Source: Methanomassiliicoccaceae archaeon (GTDB taxonomy: Archaea > Thermoplasmatota > Thermoplasmata > Methanomassiliicoccales > Methanomassiliicoccaceae). From it: a stretch of 64,000 bases of DNA. The stretch spans positions 160,001-224,000 of the forward strand of contig JAXGZN010000001.1 of the NCBI GenBank assembly GCA_040776945.1. Direction: 5' to 3'. Positions 28,651 through 37,221 of this stretch are shown here, one piece after another (position 1 is the first letter of the stretch; each line of letters begins with the position of its first letter). The notes under the pieces were generated by a model. The model saw only the letters and a list, made by a program, of their open reading frames with translations, searched no databases and had not been told where the DNA came from. The translations under genes were made by a program, and so were the position numbers.

Positions 28651-29466
28651 CTATTTTTTTTCACCCGCCGGCGATTCGTCCTTAAGAAGCCGCGTATAGA
28701 CCCGGACCAATGGATGATGGGAGCTTTGGATGATCTTAACGTCGTCCAGTGTGCGCACTCCCATCTCATCCGCGGTCCTCTCCATCCCTAGATCAATATC
28801 TCGGTCCGGCTCGAGGACGAAGGCCTGGAACTGGCGAACGCCCATGTCCCTGGCCGCCAGCACGCGGTGGTGGCCGTCCACCAGTACATAATGGCTGTTC
28901 TTCTGGATGACTATCAGCGGTTCTACCAGGCCGCGCTTTATCTCATATTGCCTTCCTCTCAGCTCGTCGGCGAAGACCTCATGCTGGGTGGGCCTTATCA
29001 TCTCGATGGGGATGACTCTCCTTTTTATCGCTATGGTAACGCCATGCTTCTTCTCAAGGAATGCCTTGAGCATATTGATCTTGTTCGGCGTCGCCTTCTC
29101 GATGTGCGAGCGGATGATGTCTATGTTGGACAGCATCCCGACGGCGAGGCCTTTCTCGTCCACGACCGGGACGTTCCTCAATCCATATCGGAAGAGCACC
29201 CTGGACGCGTCATCGATGTCCATGTCCGGCGACACAGTGATCGTTCCCATCTTGATGATGTCCTTGACCTTGTCCTGCGGTCGAACGATGGCCCTGAGCA
29301 GCTCCTTTGCGGTAACGAAGCCGATGATGCGGCCATTCTCGGCGACCGGGAGACCATGGAACTCGGTCTCGATCAGCTTCTTCCGTGCCTGCTCCACTGT
29401 GTAGTCCGGTGGGATCGAAACTACTTCCCGGACCATGTAATTGCTGACCTTCAGCTTCCCGTCCAT
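28651..29466 (-). CDS. Tandem CBS domain plus ParB/Srx-fold domain protein
   Basis: Two CBS repeats (FHGLPV, LRNVPVVD) followed by IRPTQ, EPLIV and LVDGHHRV. Confidence 0.85.
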   Translation of the reverse strand: MDGKLKVSNYMVREVVSIPPDYTVEQARKKLIETEFHGLPVAENGRIIGFVTAKELLRAIVRPQDKVKDIIKMGTITVSPDMDIDDASRVLFRYGLRNVPVVDEKGLAVGMLSNIDIIRSHIEKATPNKINMLKAFLEKKHGVTIAIKRRVIPIEMIRPTQHEVFADELRGRQYEIKRGLVEPLIVIQKNSHYVLVDGHHRVLAARDMGVRQFQAFVLEPDRDIDLGMERTADEMGVRTLDDVKIIQSSHHPLVRVYTRLLKDESPAGEKK

Positions 29467-29633
29467 GTGCTTCCGGGGGCCATATCCTGCGCCACCAACA
29501 TAAAGCTGATGCGCTGACCGTTCATCGTTGAAAGAACGCGCTCGCATCGAGCGGTTACCTCTGGAAAGAATCCCAGGAGGGGCGGCGCGTCACAAACGCA
29601 TATATAGGACCTACATATTTGGGTGAAAAGCAA

Positions 29634-29709
29634 GCCCTGGTAGTGTAGCGGCCTATCATGAAGCCCTGTCGAGGCTTCGACTCGGGTTCAAATCCCGACC
29701 AGGGCGCCA
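29634..29709 (+). tRNA. tRNA-Asp(GTC), CCA encoded
   Basis: GCCCTGG/CCAGGGC acceptor stem, AAGCC-CT-GTC-GA-GGCTT anticodon arm, GGTTCAAATCC T-arm; TATATA box at 29601-29606. Confidence 0.96.
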
Positions 29710-29721
29710 ACCGCTCTTCTC

Positions 29722-30819
29722 TCACGCATATCTTATCATCTTCTCCACCATGGGCAGGGCCACCTCCTCCTGCTTGGTTATGACCCTGTTCACTTCGGCC
29801 GCTATCTTCTCGGAGGATGTTCCGGCCTCCGGGTCGTGGAGACCGGCGATCCCGTCAGCCCCCTTTGATTGCCCGCCCGTCAGCTCCGCGAACATAATGG
29901 CCCATGTTCTCCTGGTGGCGTCGATATCGTAGCCGCCTCCTCCTAAAACCAGGTACCTGCCGTCGCACAGCTCGTGCGCGAGCGCATGCGTGGCCTTGGA
30001 GATCTCAAGGAAGCCGGCGGTGGTGAGTCCCAGACCCACAAGGGGGTCTTTGTAATGCCCGTCTGCCCCGAACTGGTGGATTATGAACTGGGGCTGGTAC
30101 GCTCGCAGAGCAGGTAGCACTATGGTGCGGTAGGCCTGCAGATATAGATCGTCATCGGTCCCGGCGGGCAGGGGTAGGTTGATGCTGTAGCCTTCTCCCT
30201 CGTCCACCCCGCGCTCTTCCATCCCTCCGGTCCCTGGGAAGAAACCGCGGCCATAACGATGGAGGGAGATTGTCAGAACGCTCTCGCCATAGAACACATA
30301 TTGGGTGCCGTCGCCGTGATGGCCGTCGATGTCCACTATGGCTATGCGCTGGAGACCGTGCTCGCGTTGCAGGTACCGGGCCGCCACCGCGAGGTCGTTG
30401 AACACGCAGAAACCGGAGGCCTGCTCAGGATGAGCATGGTGCAGTCCGCCAGCAGGATTGAAGGCATGCTCGAACTCCCCTCTCATGATCCCTTCCGCTC
30501 CCCGGACGCTGCCTCCCACGGCCGCCAAGGCGCCGGTGAAAAGGCCTGGGTTCCCCGGCGTATCTCCCCGGTCCAGGAGCCCCCCGGCGATGCATTGGCG
30601 CTCGACGTCGGAGACGAAGCTCGGAGGGTGAACCCGGTTCAGTCGTTCCATGCTCACCGGGGAAGGTGCGACGACCATTGCTCGCTCGCTGTCGAGGATG
30701 CCGAGGGACAACAAGGTATCCATAGCCAGCCTCTCCCTCACTGGCTGGAAAGGATGGCTCGGCCCGAACTGATAGAGCATGAAGTCATCATGGTACAGGA
30801 ACGCCGAGATTCCGGTCAT
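29722..30819 (-). CDS. acuC: AcuC/histone deacetylase-family deacetylase
   Basis: HPFQPVR, GGLHHA, SGFCVFND, DIDGHHGDG, FFPGTG, GADGH..DPL and GGGGY. Confidence 0.88.
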   Translation of the reverse strand: MTGISAFLYHDDFMLYQFGPSHPFQPVRERLAMDTLLSLGILDSERAMVVAPSPVSMERLNRVHPPSFVSDVERQCIAGGLLDRGDTPGNPGLFTGALAAVGGSVRGAEGIMRGEFEHAFNPAGGLHHAHPEQASGFCVFNDLAVAARYLQREHGLQRIAIVDIDGHHGDGTQYVFYGESVLTISLHRYGRGFFPGTGGMEERGVDEGEGYSINLPLPAGTDDDLYLQAYRTIVLPALRAYQPQFIIHQFGADGHYKDPLVGLGLTTAGFLEISKATHALAHELCDGRYLVLGGGGYDIDATRRTWAIMFAELTGGQSKGADGIAGLHDPEAGTSSEKIAAEVNRVITKQEEVALPMVEKMIRYA

Positions 30820-30876
30820 AATGCTCGAACATTGCATGACAACAGGCATAAAGCTGTCCCAGGGATCGGGGGGATT

Positions 30877-31674
30877 TCACCGGTCCCGGCATTCCTTGCA
30901 AGAACGAATTATGGCCACGCTGTGCGCCCCTATGCGCTCGTCGTAGTAAACCGATGCCTCGATCCCGAAAACCATGCGCAGGTTCTCTGGAGTGAGAGCA
31001 TCTATCACGTCGCCTGCGGCTACTATCTTCCCCATCTGCATCAATATGAGCTTGTCACAATACCTGGCCGCCAGTGCGAGATCATGGGTGACGAAGATAA
31101 CGATCAGCCTCTCCGTCCTTGCCAATCTGGTGATCAGGTCCAGGATGTCCAGCTGATGATTGACGTCCAGATGCAGTGTTGGCTCGTCCAGGAGCAGGAC
31201 CTTAGGCTTCTGGGCCAGCGCCCGTGCGATGATGACCCTCTGCCTCTCTCCGCCGCTCAGCTGGTCCATCGTTCGGCTGGCCAGGTGGGCCGTGTTGGTC
31301 ATCTCCATCGCCTCCTGGACGATGTCCAGGTCCTTCCTGGACTCCGGTTCGAACCTCCTTATCTCGGGCGTGCGTCCCATAAGGACGATGTCCAGAGCGG
31401 TGAACGGGAAATTGACGTTGGCGCTTTGAGGCACCACTGCCATGCGAGCAGCGATCTCCCGGCGGGTCAGCTCTCGGTAGTCCCTTTCATCGATGAGCAC
31501 AGTGCCGGTCCTGGGCGACAAGGAGCGGTTCAGGCACTTGAGGAGAGTGGTCTTACCAGACCCATTGGGGCCGAGGATCCCGATGATCTCGCCGTCCTTG
31601 GCCTCCAGATCGACCTCGGAAACGACGTCCTTTGTCCCGTAACGATAGCACACTCCAGATGCTTTGAGCCTCAA
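30877..31674 (-). CDS. Iron-chelate/cobalamin ABC transporter ATPase
   Basis: GPNGSGKTT, LSGGERQR and LLLDEPTLHLD. Confidence 0.92.
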   Translation of the reverse strand: MRLKASGVCYRYGTKDVVSEVDLEAKDGEIIGILGPNGSGKTTLLKCLNRSLSPRTGTVLIDERDYRELTRREIAARMAVVPQSANVNFPFTALDIVLMGRTPEIRRFEPESRKDLDIVQEAMEMTNTAHLASRTMDQLSGGERQRVIIARALAQKPKVLLLDEPTLHLDVNHQLDILDLITRLARTERLIVIFVTHDLALAARYCDKLILMQMGKIVAAGDVIDALTPENLRMVFGIEASVYYDERIGAHSVAIIRSCKECRDR

Positions 31675-31675
31675 G

Positions 31676-32716
31676 CTACCACCCCATGGACTTCTTGCGG
31701 GACATCAGCAGATAGATGAAGAAGGGCGCTCCCAGCAGCGAGGTGATTATGCCTACCGGCAGCTCCGCCGGTGCGATGACCGTTCGGGCCAGCGTATCGG
31801 TCCATATGAGGAACAGCGCGCCGCTTACGACCGATGCGGGCAACAGTATGCGGTGGTCCGGGCCCACGAGTATCCGCACGACATGCGGTATTATCAGACC
31901 GACGAAGCCGATGACGCCTGATACGGAAACGGCCATCGCCGTGACCAGTGAGGCCGCCAGCAGTAGGACCAAACGGACCTGGTTGACGTTGATCCCCAGG
32001 TTACCGGCCTGCTCCTCGCCCACCATCATGGCGTTTAGGTCTCTGGACAGCGCCATTATGACCGCCGAGCCCAGGACCATCGGGGCGATGGAGATCAGGA
32101 CCTGGTCCCATTTCGCGTTGTTGAGCCCTCCCATCATCCAGAACACTATTCCGGAGAGCTGCTCTCCGGCGAAATATAGCATTCCGGAGACCAGCGCGCT
32201 GAACAGCGAACCTATGGCAATCCCAGCCAGCAGTAGCGTTTCCACCGGCACATACCCGCTGCGGCTGCGAGAGACGGCGTAGACCAAGAACAGCGTAATG
32301 AAGGCGAACACAAACGCCATCGCAGGTATGGCCAGGGCTCCGCTGGTCCACGATACCCCTAGCACGATGGCCAAGGCGGCCCCGAACGCCGCTCCCGAGG
32401 ATATGCCGAGCACCGAGGGCGAGGCCATTGGATTGCGGAACAGGCCCTGCATTGTCGCCCCAGCAACGGCAAGGGATGCTCCGACTATCGCTGCCAGCAA
32501 GATGCGGGGAAGCCGGATATTGATGATCACCCATCTCTGGCTATCGCTTCCTCCTCCCAGAAGGACCGTCAACACCTGTTCGAACGGTATATTGAAGACC
32601 CCGATGCTGAGGCAGGCGACCATGGTTATGAGAAATGCCAGCATGAGCACGGTCAATATCAAGGTCCAGCGCGCGACCTTGTTCCTCTGCATCTCGATTA
32701 TGTCCTCGACTGGCAT
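31676..32716 (-). CDS. FecCD/BtuC-family ABC permease
   Basis: IRLPR, QGLFRNPMASP, GEEQA..LG, IGFVGLIIPH and ELPVGIIT..GAPFF. Confidence 0.92.
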   Translation of the reverse strand: MPVEDIIEMQRNKVARWTLILTVLMLAFLITMVACLSIGVFNIPFEQVLTVLLGGGSDSQRWVIINIRLPRILLAAIVGASLAVAGATMQGLFRNPMASPSVLGISSGAAFGAALAIVLGVSWTSGALAIPAMAFVFAFITLFLVYAVSRSRSGYVPVETLLLAGIAIGSLFSALVSGMLYFAGEQLSGIVFWMMGGLNNAKWDQVLISIAPMVLGSAVIMALSRDLNAMMVGEEQAGNLGINVNQVRLVLLLAASLVTAMAVSVSGVIGFVGLIIPHVVRILVGPDHRILLPASVVSGALFLIWTDTLARTVIAPAELPVGIITSLLGAPFFIYLLMSRKKSMGW

Positions 32717-32795
32717 CCGGTCCTCCATCCATAATTGGCTATTTGAGCTGATAGCTAGCGGAATGTAAATAAAAAATGGAATGGGTTTGGCCGCT

Positions 32796-33728
32796 TTAAG
32801 GGAACAGCTCGGGATGGAACCATTTTGCAAGCTGCTCCAGCGCGTCAATGACCCGTGGGCTCGTGGTGAGGGTGGTCCCGTCGATGCGATAGATCTTGTC
32901 CTCGGACACTGCGGTCACAGACGGACCGAGCGTCGACCTGAGCTCGTCGTTGGTCTTGGAGCTTTGGTTCTCGATCACGATGATGTCGGGGTTCTTCTCC
33001 AGGATGCTCTCGGTGGAGGCCTTCCAGTTACCGGTGCCGTTGTTGAAGATGTTCGATCCGCCGGCCATCTCGATAAGGTCGTTGCTCATAGTGCCGTTTC
33101 CAACGGTCTGGCCTCCCTTGCTCATAAGCTCCAGGTAAACCTTGGGCCTTTCCGATGCGGGAATGTCGGCGGTCTTCTGGACCACGGCGTCGATGCGGGT
33201 TTGAATGCCTGCGACCATCTGCTGGGCCTTGGCCTTCTCGCCGATAGCCTCTCCCATGACCTCTATGGTGTGCAGGATAGTGGTCACGTTCTTAGGATAG
33301 AACGCTGCCACCGAAATGTTGGAGTTCTCCATGTTCTCGATGAAGGCCGAGTACATGTTGAAGTTCCAAATGACCACCAGGTCTGGGTCCAGGGCCATGA
33401 TCGATTCCACACCCAGGGAGCTCACTCCGCCTAGGTTGGTGATGCCGTCGCCATCGCTTAGCAGCCAAGCCGAGGAACTGTCCACCGCCACCACGCGGTC
33501 CTTGGCGCCAAGGTCGAACGCGATCTCAGTGAACGCCGAGCCGAGACTTATTATGCGCTTAGGTGCGGCGGTGAGATTTATGGTCTTCCCACGGTCGTCG
33601 GTGAAGGAAATATCGCCGGCGATGTTCTCGTTGTTCCCCCCTTTGTTCAATAACAGCATGGCTGCGGCCGCGCTGGCTATTACCAGGACTGCGATGACCG
33701 CAACAACCAATATCGCTCTTTTGTTCAT
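32796..33728 (-). CDS. BtuF/FecB-type substrate-binding protein with N-terminal membrane anchor
   Basis: TDDRG..PKRIISL, ESIMALDPDLV and AGG.N; hydrophobic N-terminal anchor. Confidence 0.88.
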   Translation of the reverse strand: MNKRAILVVAVIAVLVIASAAAAMLLLNKGGNNENIAGDISFTDDRGKTINLTAAPKRIISLGSAFTEIAFDLGAKDRVVAVDSSSAWLLSDGDGITNLGGVSSLGVESIMALDPDLVVIWNFNMYSAFIENMENSNISVAAFYPKNVTTILHTIEVMGEAIGEKAKAQQMVAGIQTRIDAVVQKTADIPASERPKVYLELMSKGGQTVGNGTMSNDLIEMAGGSNIFNNGTGNWKASTESILEKNPDIIVIENQSSKTNDELRSTLGPSVTAVSEDKIYRIDGTTLTTSPRVIDALEQLAKWFHPELFP

Positions 33729-33892
33729 GTGATCCCCTTTATCGTTCGATGGGGGCATGCCGCCCCCATTGACATGCCTTTGAGGGAGGGGGAGCGAAGA
33801 ATAAAAATGTTCTGCAACCTGGCAGGGACCATGCCCGGCGTCTCGACGCGGCATGGGAAAGCTTCTTGAGCTTGTGCAACATCCTCGACAAC

Positions 33893-34252
33893 ATGCGCAG
33901 CGTCCTCCGTGGAAAGATCCACCGTGCCACGGTCACCCATGCCGACCCAGATTATGTCGGCAGCATCATTATAGACCAGGCTCTGCTGGATGACGCGGAC
34001 ATTTGGCCGGGAGAGAAGGTACTGATTTCGGACGTCAACAACGGAGCGAGGTTCGAGACCTACACGGTGTCCGGGGAGAGAGGTTCAGGCGTCATATGCG
34101 TAAACGGGGCGGCGGCCCATCTTGTCCGCCTCGGGGACAAGGTCATCATAATGGCCTTTGAGCTGACCGATCGCCCCATCGAGCCTCGGATAGTACTGGT
34201 GGATGATAACAACTGCCGGACGAGGGTCCTTCGGGCCCCTGGACCAGGATGA
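33893..34252 (+). CDS. panD: Pyruvoyl-dependent aspartate 1-decarboxylase
   Basis: [12 protein letters not shown] self-cleavage site, NNGARFETY and NGAAAH. Confidence 0.93.
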   Translation: MRSVLRGKIHRATVTHADPDYVGSIIIDQALLDDADIWPGEKVLISDVNNGARFETYTVSGERGSGVICVNGAAAHLVRLGDKVIIMAFELTDRPIEPRIVLVDDNNCRTRVLRAPGPG

Positions 34253-34256
34253 TCCC

Positions 34257-34694
34257 GTGAAGCTCAAGGCCTACACAGATGGCGGCTCAAGGGGCAATCC
34301 CGGACCCGCGGCCTTCGCCCTGGTCATTACCGATGAGAGCGGGAGCATAATCAAAGAGTACGGTCGGTATCTGGGAAGGATGACCAACAACGAGGCCGAG
34401 TACAACGGCGCCATCGCCGCCCTCAAAGAGGCGCTTGCTCTCGGCGCGGACGAGATAGATGTATTCAGCGATTCTGAGGTTATGGTCCGCCAGGTGAACG
34501 GCGTGTATAGATGCAAGGCGGCCAATCTTCAGCCCTTTCTTGATCAGGTACGCGAACTGAGGTCCAAGTTCAAGCGCTCGTCCTTCTTTAACGTGCCCCG
34601 GGACCACCCCATGGTCTTCCGTGCTGATCGGCTGCTCAACGAGGAGCAGGACACCATGAGGTCACTGCAGCCCCGGGGCAGGCCCAATCCGTGA
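34257..34694 (+). CDS. rnhA: Ribonuclease HI
   Basis: YTDGGSRGNPGP, TNNEAEY, SDSE and ADRL. Confidence 0.9.
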   Translation: MKLKAYTDGGSRGNPGPAAFALVITDESGSIIKEYGRYLGRMTNNEAEYNGAIAALKEALALGADEIDVFSDSEVMVRQVNGVYRCKAANLQPFLDQVRELRSKFKRSSFFNVPRDHPMVFRADRLLNEEQDTMRSLQPRGRPNP

Positions 34695-34750
34695 CCGTCT
34701 GCCATTTGCAAAGAGGCTTGATGAACAGCATGCCTGCTTGCATCTCTATC

Positions 34751-34868
34751 GTTAAGCCCTGTGGGCGACCGCCAGCAGGTCGCGATCCAGAGCAAATCGC
34801 CTTTCCTTGTAATACGTAGCATAGGTACACCCTATGATGTCCTTTCCCCTCCCTCACAGGGCCTTAAC
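34751..34868. repeat. 118-bp element bounded by a 15-bp imperfect inverted repeat (MITE-like or structured RNA)
   Basis: GTTAAGCCCTGTGGG ... CTCACAGGGCCTTAAC, with internal stems GCGACC/GGTCGC, GCGAT/ATCGC and CATAGG/CCTATG. Confidence 0.45.
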
Positions 34869-34924
34869 ATCAGCACGATATTGAACGCCGTGCCCTTAAG
34901 CGGCCCAATAGTGTCGGAGGGGGC

Positions 34925-35050
34925 ATGATCTTTGTCGGGAACGTTCTGGGGCCCGGCGGACCAGAGGGGCAGAGCTGGAATGAGGTACAGAAGGGAAATG
35001 AGGAGGCCATGAAGCAACATTCAGGATGCGCGTTCTGCTTAGATGCTTAG
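34925..35050 (+). CDS. Putative 41-aa small protein with a C-terminal CxxC
   Basis: GGAGG SD 4 nt before the ATG; MIFVGNVLGPGGPEGQSWNEVQKGNEEAMKQHSGCAFCLDA; no homology recognised. Confidence 0.3.
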   Translation: MIFVGNVLGPGGPEGQSWNEVQKGNEEAMKQHSGCAFCLDA

Positions 35051-35128
35051 AGCTAGGCCGCAGGGCCTTTCTTGAAACGGTTCCTCGACCTCACTTCTTG
35101 CGGGGGAACCGTGAGGCTATTACATAAC

Positions 35129-35136
35129 TTTATATA
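35129..35136 (+). promoter_or_regulatory. Consensus TATA box upstream of the sRNA candidate
   Basis: TTTATATA with no credible plus-strand CDS downstream; the stem begins about 22 nt after it. Confidence 0.6.
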
Positions 35137-35157
35137 GAAGTGTATTATAGGCAATAT

Positions 35158-35242
35158 TAGTGCCTGGGGTCGGTGCCTCTACTCTCCTCCTATCAAGAGC
35201 TTTTTCCTCCGAATCCCCACCAAGCACCGGCCTCGGGCATTA
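35158..35242 (+). ncRNA. Candidate small RNA: 19-bp terminal stem, pyrimidine-rich loop with two CCUCC anti-SD motifs
   Basis: TAGTGCCTGGGGTCGGTGC pairs with GCACCGGCCTCGGGCATTA using four G-U pairs that form only on the plus strand; TATA box upstream. Confidence 0.6.
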
Positions 35243-36493
35243 CTGATCGCATCTTATCTCTGGGACGAGGTTCTCGATCGCCACCAGCCTCTGCTCGCCA
35301 GAGGCCATGTCCCTTATTGCCACTGAGCCTTGGGCCAGTTCTTTCTCCCCTACGATCACTGCCCGCTGGGCATTGATGGAAGCAGCATATTTGAAGTTCT
35401 TAGAGATGCTGCGACCCATCAGGTCAACCTCGGCGGATATGCCTTCCTGGCGCAGCCTGGCCGTGATCTTGAAGGCCTCGTCCTTCATCTTTTCGCTGAC
35501 AGGGATCACGTAAGCGTCGATATGGTATGGTGGCGCCTCATATCCTTCCCGTTCGAGCGCGAGAAGGGTCCTGTCGAAGCCTATTCCAAAACCGGTGGAG
35601 AAGGTTCTCTCCCCACCGAACAGCTCGGTGAGCGAGTAGGAACCGCCGCCGCATATCTGTTTCTCCGCTCCCAGCACAGGGGCGTCCATCTCAAACACCA
35701 AGCCCGTGTAGTAGTCGAGGCCGCGAACGACGCCCAGGTCCACCTCCACATTGGTAAAGCCGTAATCGGACAGTATGCGGAAAACAGCTGCAAGGTGGTC
35801 CTTGGCCTCTCCGCTGATCTTGTCCAAGGCCTCGACCGGACCGCGGGTCTTCGTGATCTCGATGATCCTCTCGACCTCCCCGGAGGAAATCCCGGCCTCT
35901 GCCATCCTGGCTTTAGCCTCTTCGTACTCTTTCTTGTCAAGCTTCTGCAGGATGGGGGGCGCCTGATCGGCGTCGATCCCGGCCTGGGCGAGCGCTCCGC
36001 GGAGGACGCCTATGTGACCGATCCGGATGCTGTACTGCCTGAGGCCGACCCGCCTCATGATCGAGGCCGCGAGAGCGATGACCTCAGCGTCCGATTCAGG
36101 ACCGGGGTTCCCTATCAGCTCTGCCCCGAACTGGTAGAACTCGCGAAAGCGGCCGGACTGCGGTCGCTCATAGCGGAAGCACTGGCCAAAATAGAACATC
36201 TTCAACGGACGTGGACAGTTGGTGAGCTCGTTGACAAAGAACCTCATTGCCGGAGCGGTCAGCTCGGGCCGGAGCGAGATCTCCCTGCCGCCCTTGTCCT
36301 GGAAGGCGTAGATCTCTTCTACCACGTTCGGGCCGGACTTGATGGTGAAGAGCTCGGTATGTTCGAAGATGGGCGTGGAGATCTCACGGAAGCCGAACAG
36401 CGCGGCCTCCCGGCGCATCATGCTCTCCAGACATCTCCTTTTTTCCATCTCCTGTGGGCCGAAGTCTCGGGTTCCCCGTGGCCTTTGGATCAT
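35240..36493 (-). CDS. hisS: Histidyl-tRNA synthetase
   Basis: PRGTRDF, LRPELT, FRYERPQSGRFREF, RGLDYYTG and GFGIGFDR. Confidence 0.96.
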   Translation of the reverse strand: MIQRPRGTRDFGPQEMEKRRCLESMMRREAALFGFREISTPIFEHTELFTIKSGPNVVEEIYAFQDKGGREISLRPELTAPAMRFFVNELTNCPRPLKMFYFGQCFRYERPQSGRFREFYQFGAELIGNPGPESDAEVIALAASIMRRVGLRQYSIRIGHIGVLRGALAQAGIDADQAPPILQKLDKKEYEEAKARMAEAGISSGEVERIIEITKTRGPVEALDKISGEAKDHLAAVFRILSDYGFTNVEVDLGVVRGLDYYTGLVFEMDAPVLGAEKQICGGGSYSLTELFGGERTFSTGFGIGFDRTLLALEREGYEAPPYHIDAYVIPVSEKMKDEAFKITARLRQEGISAEVDLMGRSISKNFKYAASINAQRAVIVGEKELAQGSVAIRDMASGEQRLVAIENLVPEIRCDQ

Positions 36494-36594
36494 CGCGGTC
36501 AAGATGGGGCGGCGTTATAAAATCATTTCTTATCCTGCCCCTGGCCATTGAGCGGAAATGCTTTAGCCCGAACTTCCGATACGGTCAGGATAGC

Positions 36595-37221
36595 ATGGGT
36601 GAAGCGGCATCGGGCGGAGGAAGGGCCGTTGAGGAGCGGGGCAATGGAAGGCTCGTCACGTCCCGCCCCCCTGAGCTCAAGGTGGTAATGGTGGCGGAAA
36701 GCCCATCGTCGGGGCTGATGACCATATTCGAGGCATGCAGTACCTTTGATGATGAGTCGGCCCGCCGCATGATCTTCGCCGCGGGCGAGCCTGGCCGGCT
36801 CCTGGTCCGGGTGCAGCACTTCCTTAGAGAGATGCAGGACGCTCATTATGAGGAGAAGATGAGACAGTTGTTCAAGCTGTTCCGGTTCGGCCATCTGATA
36901 TATCTGAACCCTTGTGCAGGAGAGGAGCGCATGACCTCTCGAACGCAGGACGCTGCCCGTAGGGAGATGGACGATGTCCTTAGCCAGGGGGTCCGGGCGG
37001 TCGTGGCCTTCGGAGACCTGGCCAAGAACTGGGTCCGCACGAACTTTCCACCCGAAGGCCTTGTGGTCGTCTTCCTGCCCCAGCCGTCCAATCACATCTC
37101 AAGCTGGTTTCCCTCCTTTCTGGAGAGGACCGCCAGGGAACGCGGGAGCGACGCCCTGGCCGTCCGTGACGCCATGGCGGTGCAGATCGATAAGCTGGTC
37201 CGTCTGTGCTCTGAACTATGA
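36595..37221 (+). CDS. Hypothetical protein, possibly a degenerate uracil-DNA-glycosylase-superfamily fold
   Basis: KVVMVAESP, VVAFGDLA and LPQPS occur in the order of UDG motifs, but catalytic residues are not conserved. Confidence 0.5.
   Translation: MGEAASGGGRAVEERGNGRLVTSRPPELKVVMVAESPSSGLMTIFEACSTFDDESARRMIFAAGEPGRLLVRVQHFLREMQDAHYEEKMRQLFKLFRFGHLIYLNPCAGEERMTSRTQDAARREMDDVLSQGVRAVVAFGDLAKNWVRTNFPPEGLVVVFLPQPSNHISSWFPSFLERTARERGSDALAVRDAMAVQIDKLVRLCSEL

Noticed and set aside
29634-29721. tRNA-Asp (and tRNA-Met at 1198) as integration sites
   Set aside because: No integrase or duplicated tRNA 3' end was seen, and the flanking genes are ordinary.
33749-33778. GC-rich hairpin upstream of the BtuF-like gene as a possible cobalamin riboswitch
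   Set aside because: There is an 8-bp stem with one alternative pairing, but no B12-box consensus and the leader is too short.
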